Assembly: GCF_009914755.1 (NCBI RefSeq)
Contig: NC_060931.1
DNA: 64,000 nucleotides
Source of the DNA: the human T2T-CHM13v2.0 reference genome, Homo sapiens
Reading direction: 5' to 3' (one strand)
Below are positions 63,347 through 64,000 of the stretch, piece after piece (positions within the stretch are counted from its first letter, which is position 1; every line of letters starts with the position of its first letter). The translations under genes were made by a program, and so were the position numbers. The notes beneath the pieces were generated by a model. It had not been told where the DNA came from. It saw only the letters and a program-made list of their open reading frames with translations, and made no database searches.

Positions 63347-63987
63347 TTCCGGTAATGAGAGGGAGAATTTTTTTTGTTCAACTGATACTTGCCCGTGTTT
63401 TTATTTTTTTGTTTTTGTTTATTATTATTATTGTTTGTTGTTATTTTACTAGAAGATCTGGGTATTTTTGAAAGTTTCAATGAAATAGATCTGAGGAGAG
63501 TGCAAAGCTGAAGTTGCTAGGGCATGTTAGGGTGACATTGAGCCATATGAACCTGTTGAAGCACCGATCAGAGAGGGAAGCAGAAAACACACAGGCTGCA
63601 ATGAGTCAGCTATGCTGTAATGAGTCAGCTATGCTAAATCATAGAAATGAAAAGTACATAAACATCAGAGAGTTGAGTCAAATTTGGACATTTGGAATGT
63701 CCGAAGTCCCTGCCAAACAGGTGTTCTACAGGAGATATGGGAGTCGAGAGAGGCATTAATCAAATGGTCAGACAAATGGAGGAAGGCTGCAGTCGGGGGC
63801 AGGCACCAGGGATTTCCCTACCTCGAACCTGCATCACTGCAAGTGCCTCCGGGAGTACTGTACTGGCAAGGGAAGGAATTGCAGGTATACTTTTAGAATT
63901 GGAAAAGGGCCATATTCCTCTCAGAGGACTATTTACAAACTTTGTTTTCGTGGTGTTAAAATGAGGCTGCAACCCCTCTTCCCGTAA
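63347..63987. promoter_or_regulatory. Candidate distal enhancer (GAS x2, AP-1 x3, NF-kB)
   Basis: TTCCGGTAA 63347, TGAGTCA 63602/63621/63674, GGGATTTCCC 63809, TTCCCGTAA 63979. Confidence 0.45.
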
Positions 63988-64000
63988 CATATCTGAGAGC

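Overview
Human (hominid) genomic DNA containing most of ZC3HAV1 (ZAP/PARP13, zinc-finger antiviral protein) on the minus strand. It holds the CpG-island promoter (TATA ~55024-55030, ISRE in the 5'UTR) and coding exons 1-10; the rest of the PARP-like domain lies left of the window. All ten exons were read with GT-AG boundaries and consistent phase (308, 136, 253, 774, 102, 124, 175, 121, 103, 91 nt). The isoform switches are visible: a 366-nt exon-4 extension (ZAP-M/XL), a TAA inside the exon-9 donor with a downstream non-canonical poly(A) site (ZAP-S, 699 aa), and an exon-4 read-through ORF followed by two canonical AATAAA (624-aa form). Introns and upstream DNA are repeat-rich: about 45 Alus, an SVA with TSD, LTR6, LTR7 and THE1 solo LTRs, L1M/MIR/MER fragments and a decayed ERVL provirus upstream. 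No new gene system was found. The most notable observations are a 15-unit (GAAANN) IRF-site array grown out of an Alu A-tail 2.3 kb upstream, a GAS/AP-1/NF-kB motif cluster ~8.5 kb upstream, a possible decayed duplicate of the WWE exon in intron 7, and an LTR6 with sense TATA and a downstream splice donor before exon 2. Repeat subfamily names are from recognition only and repeat boundaries are approximate.
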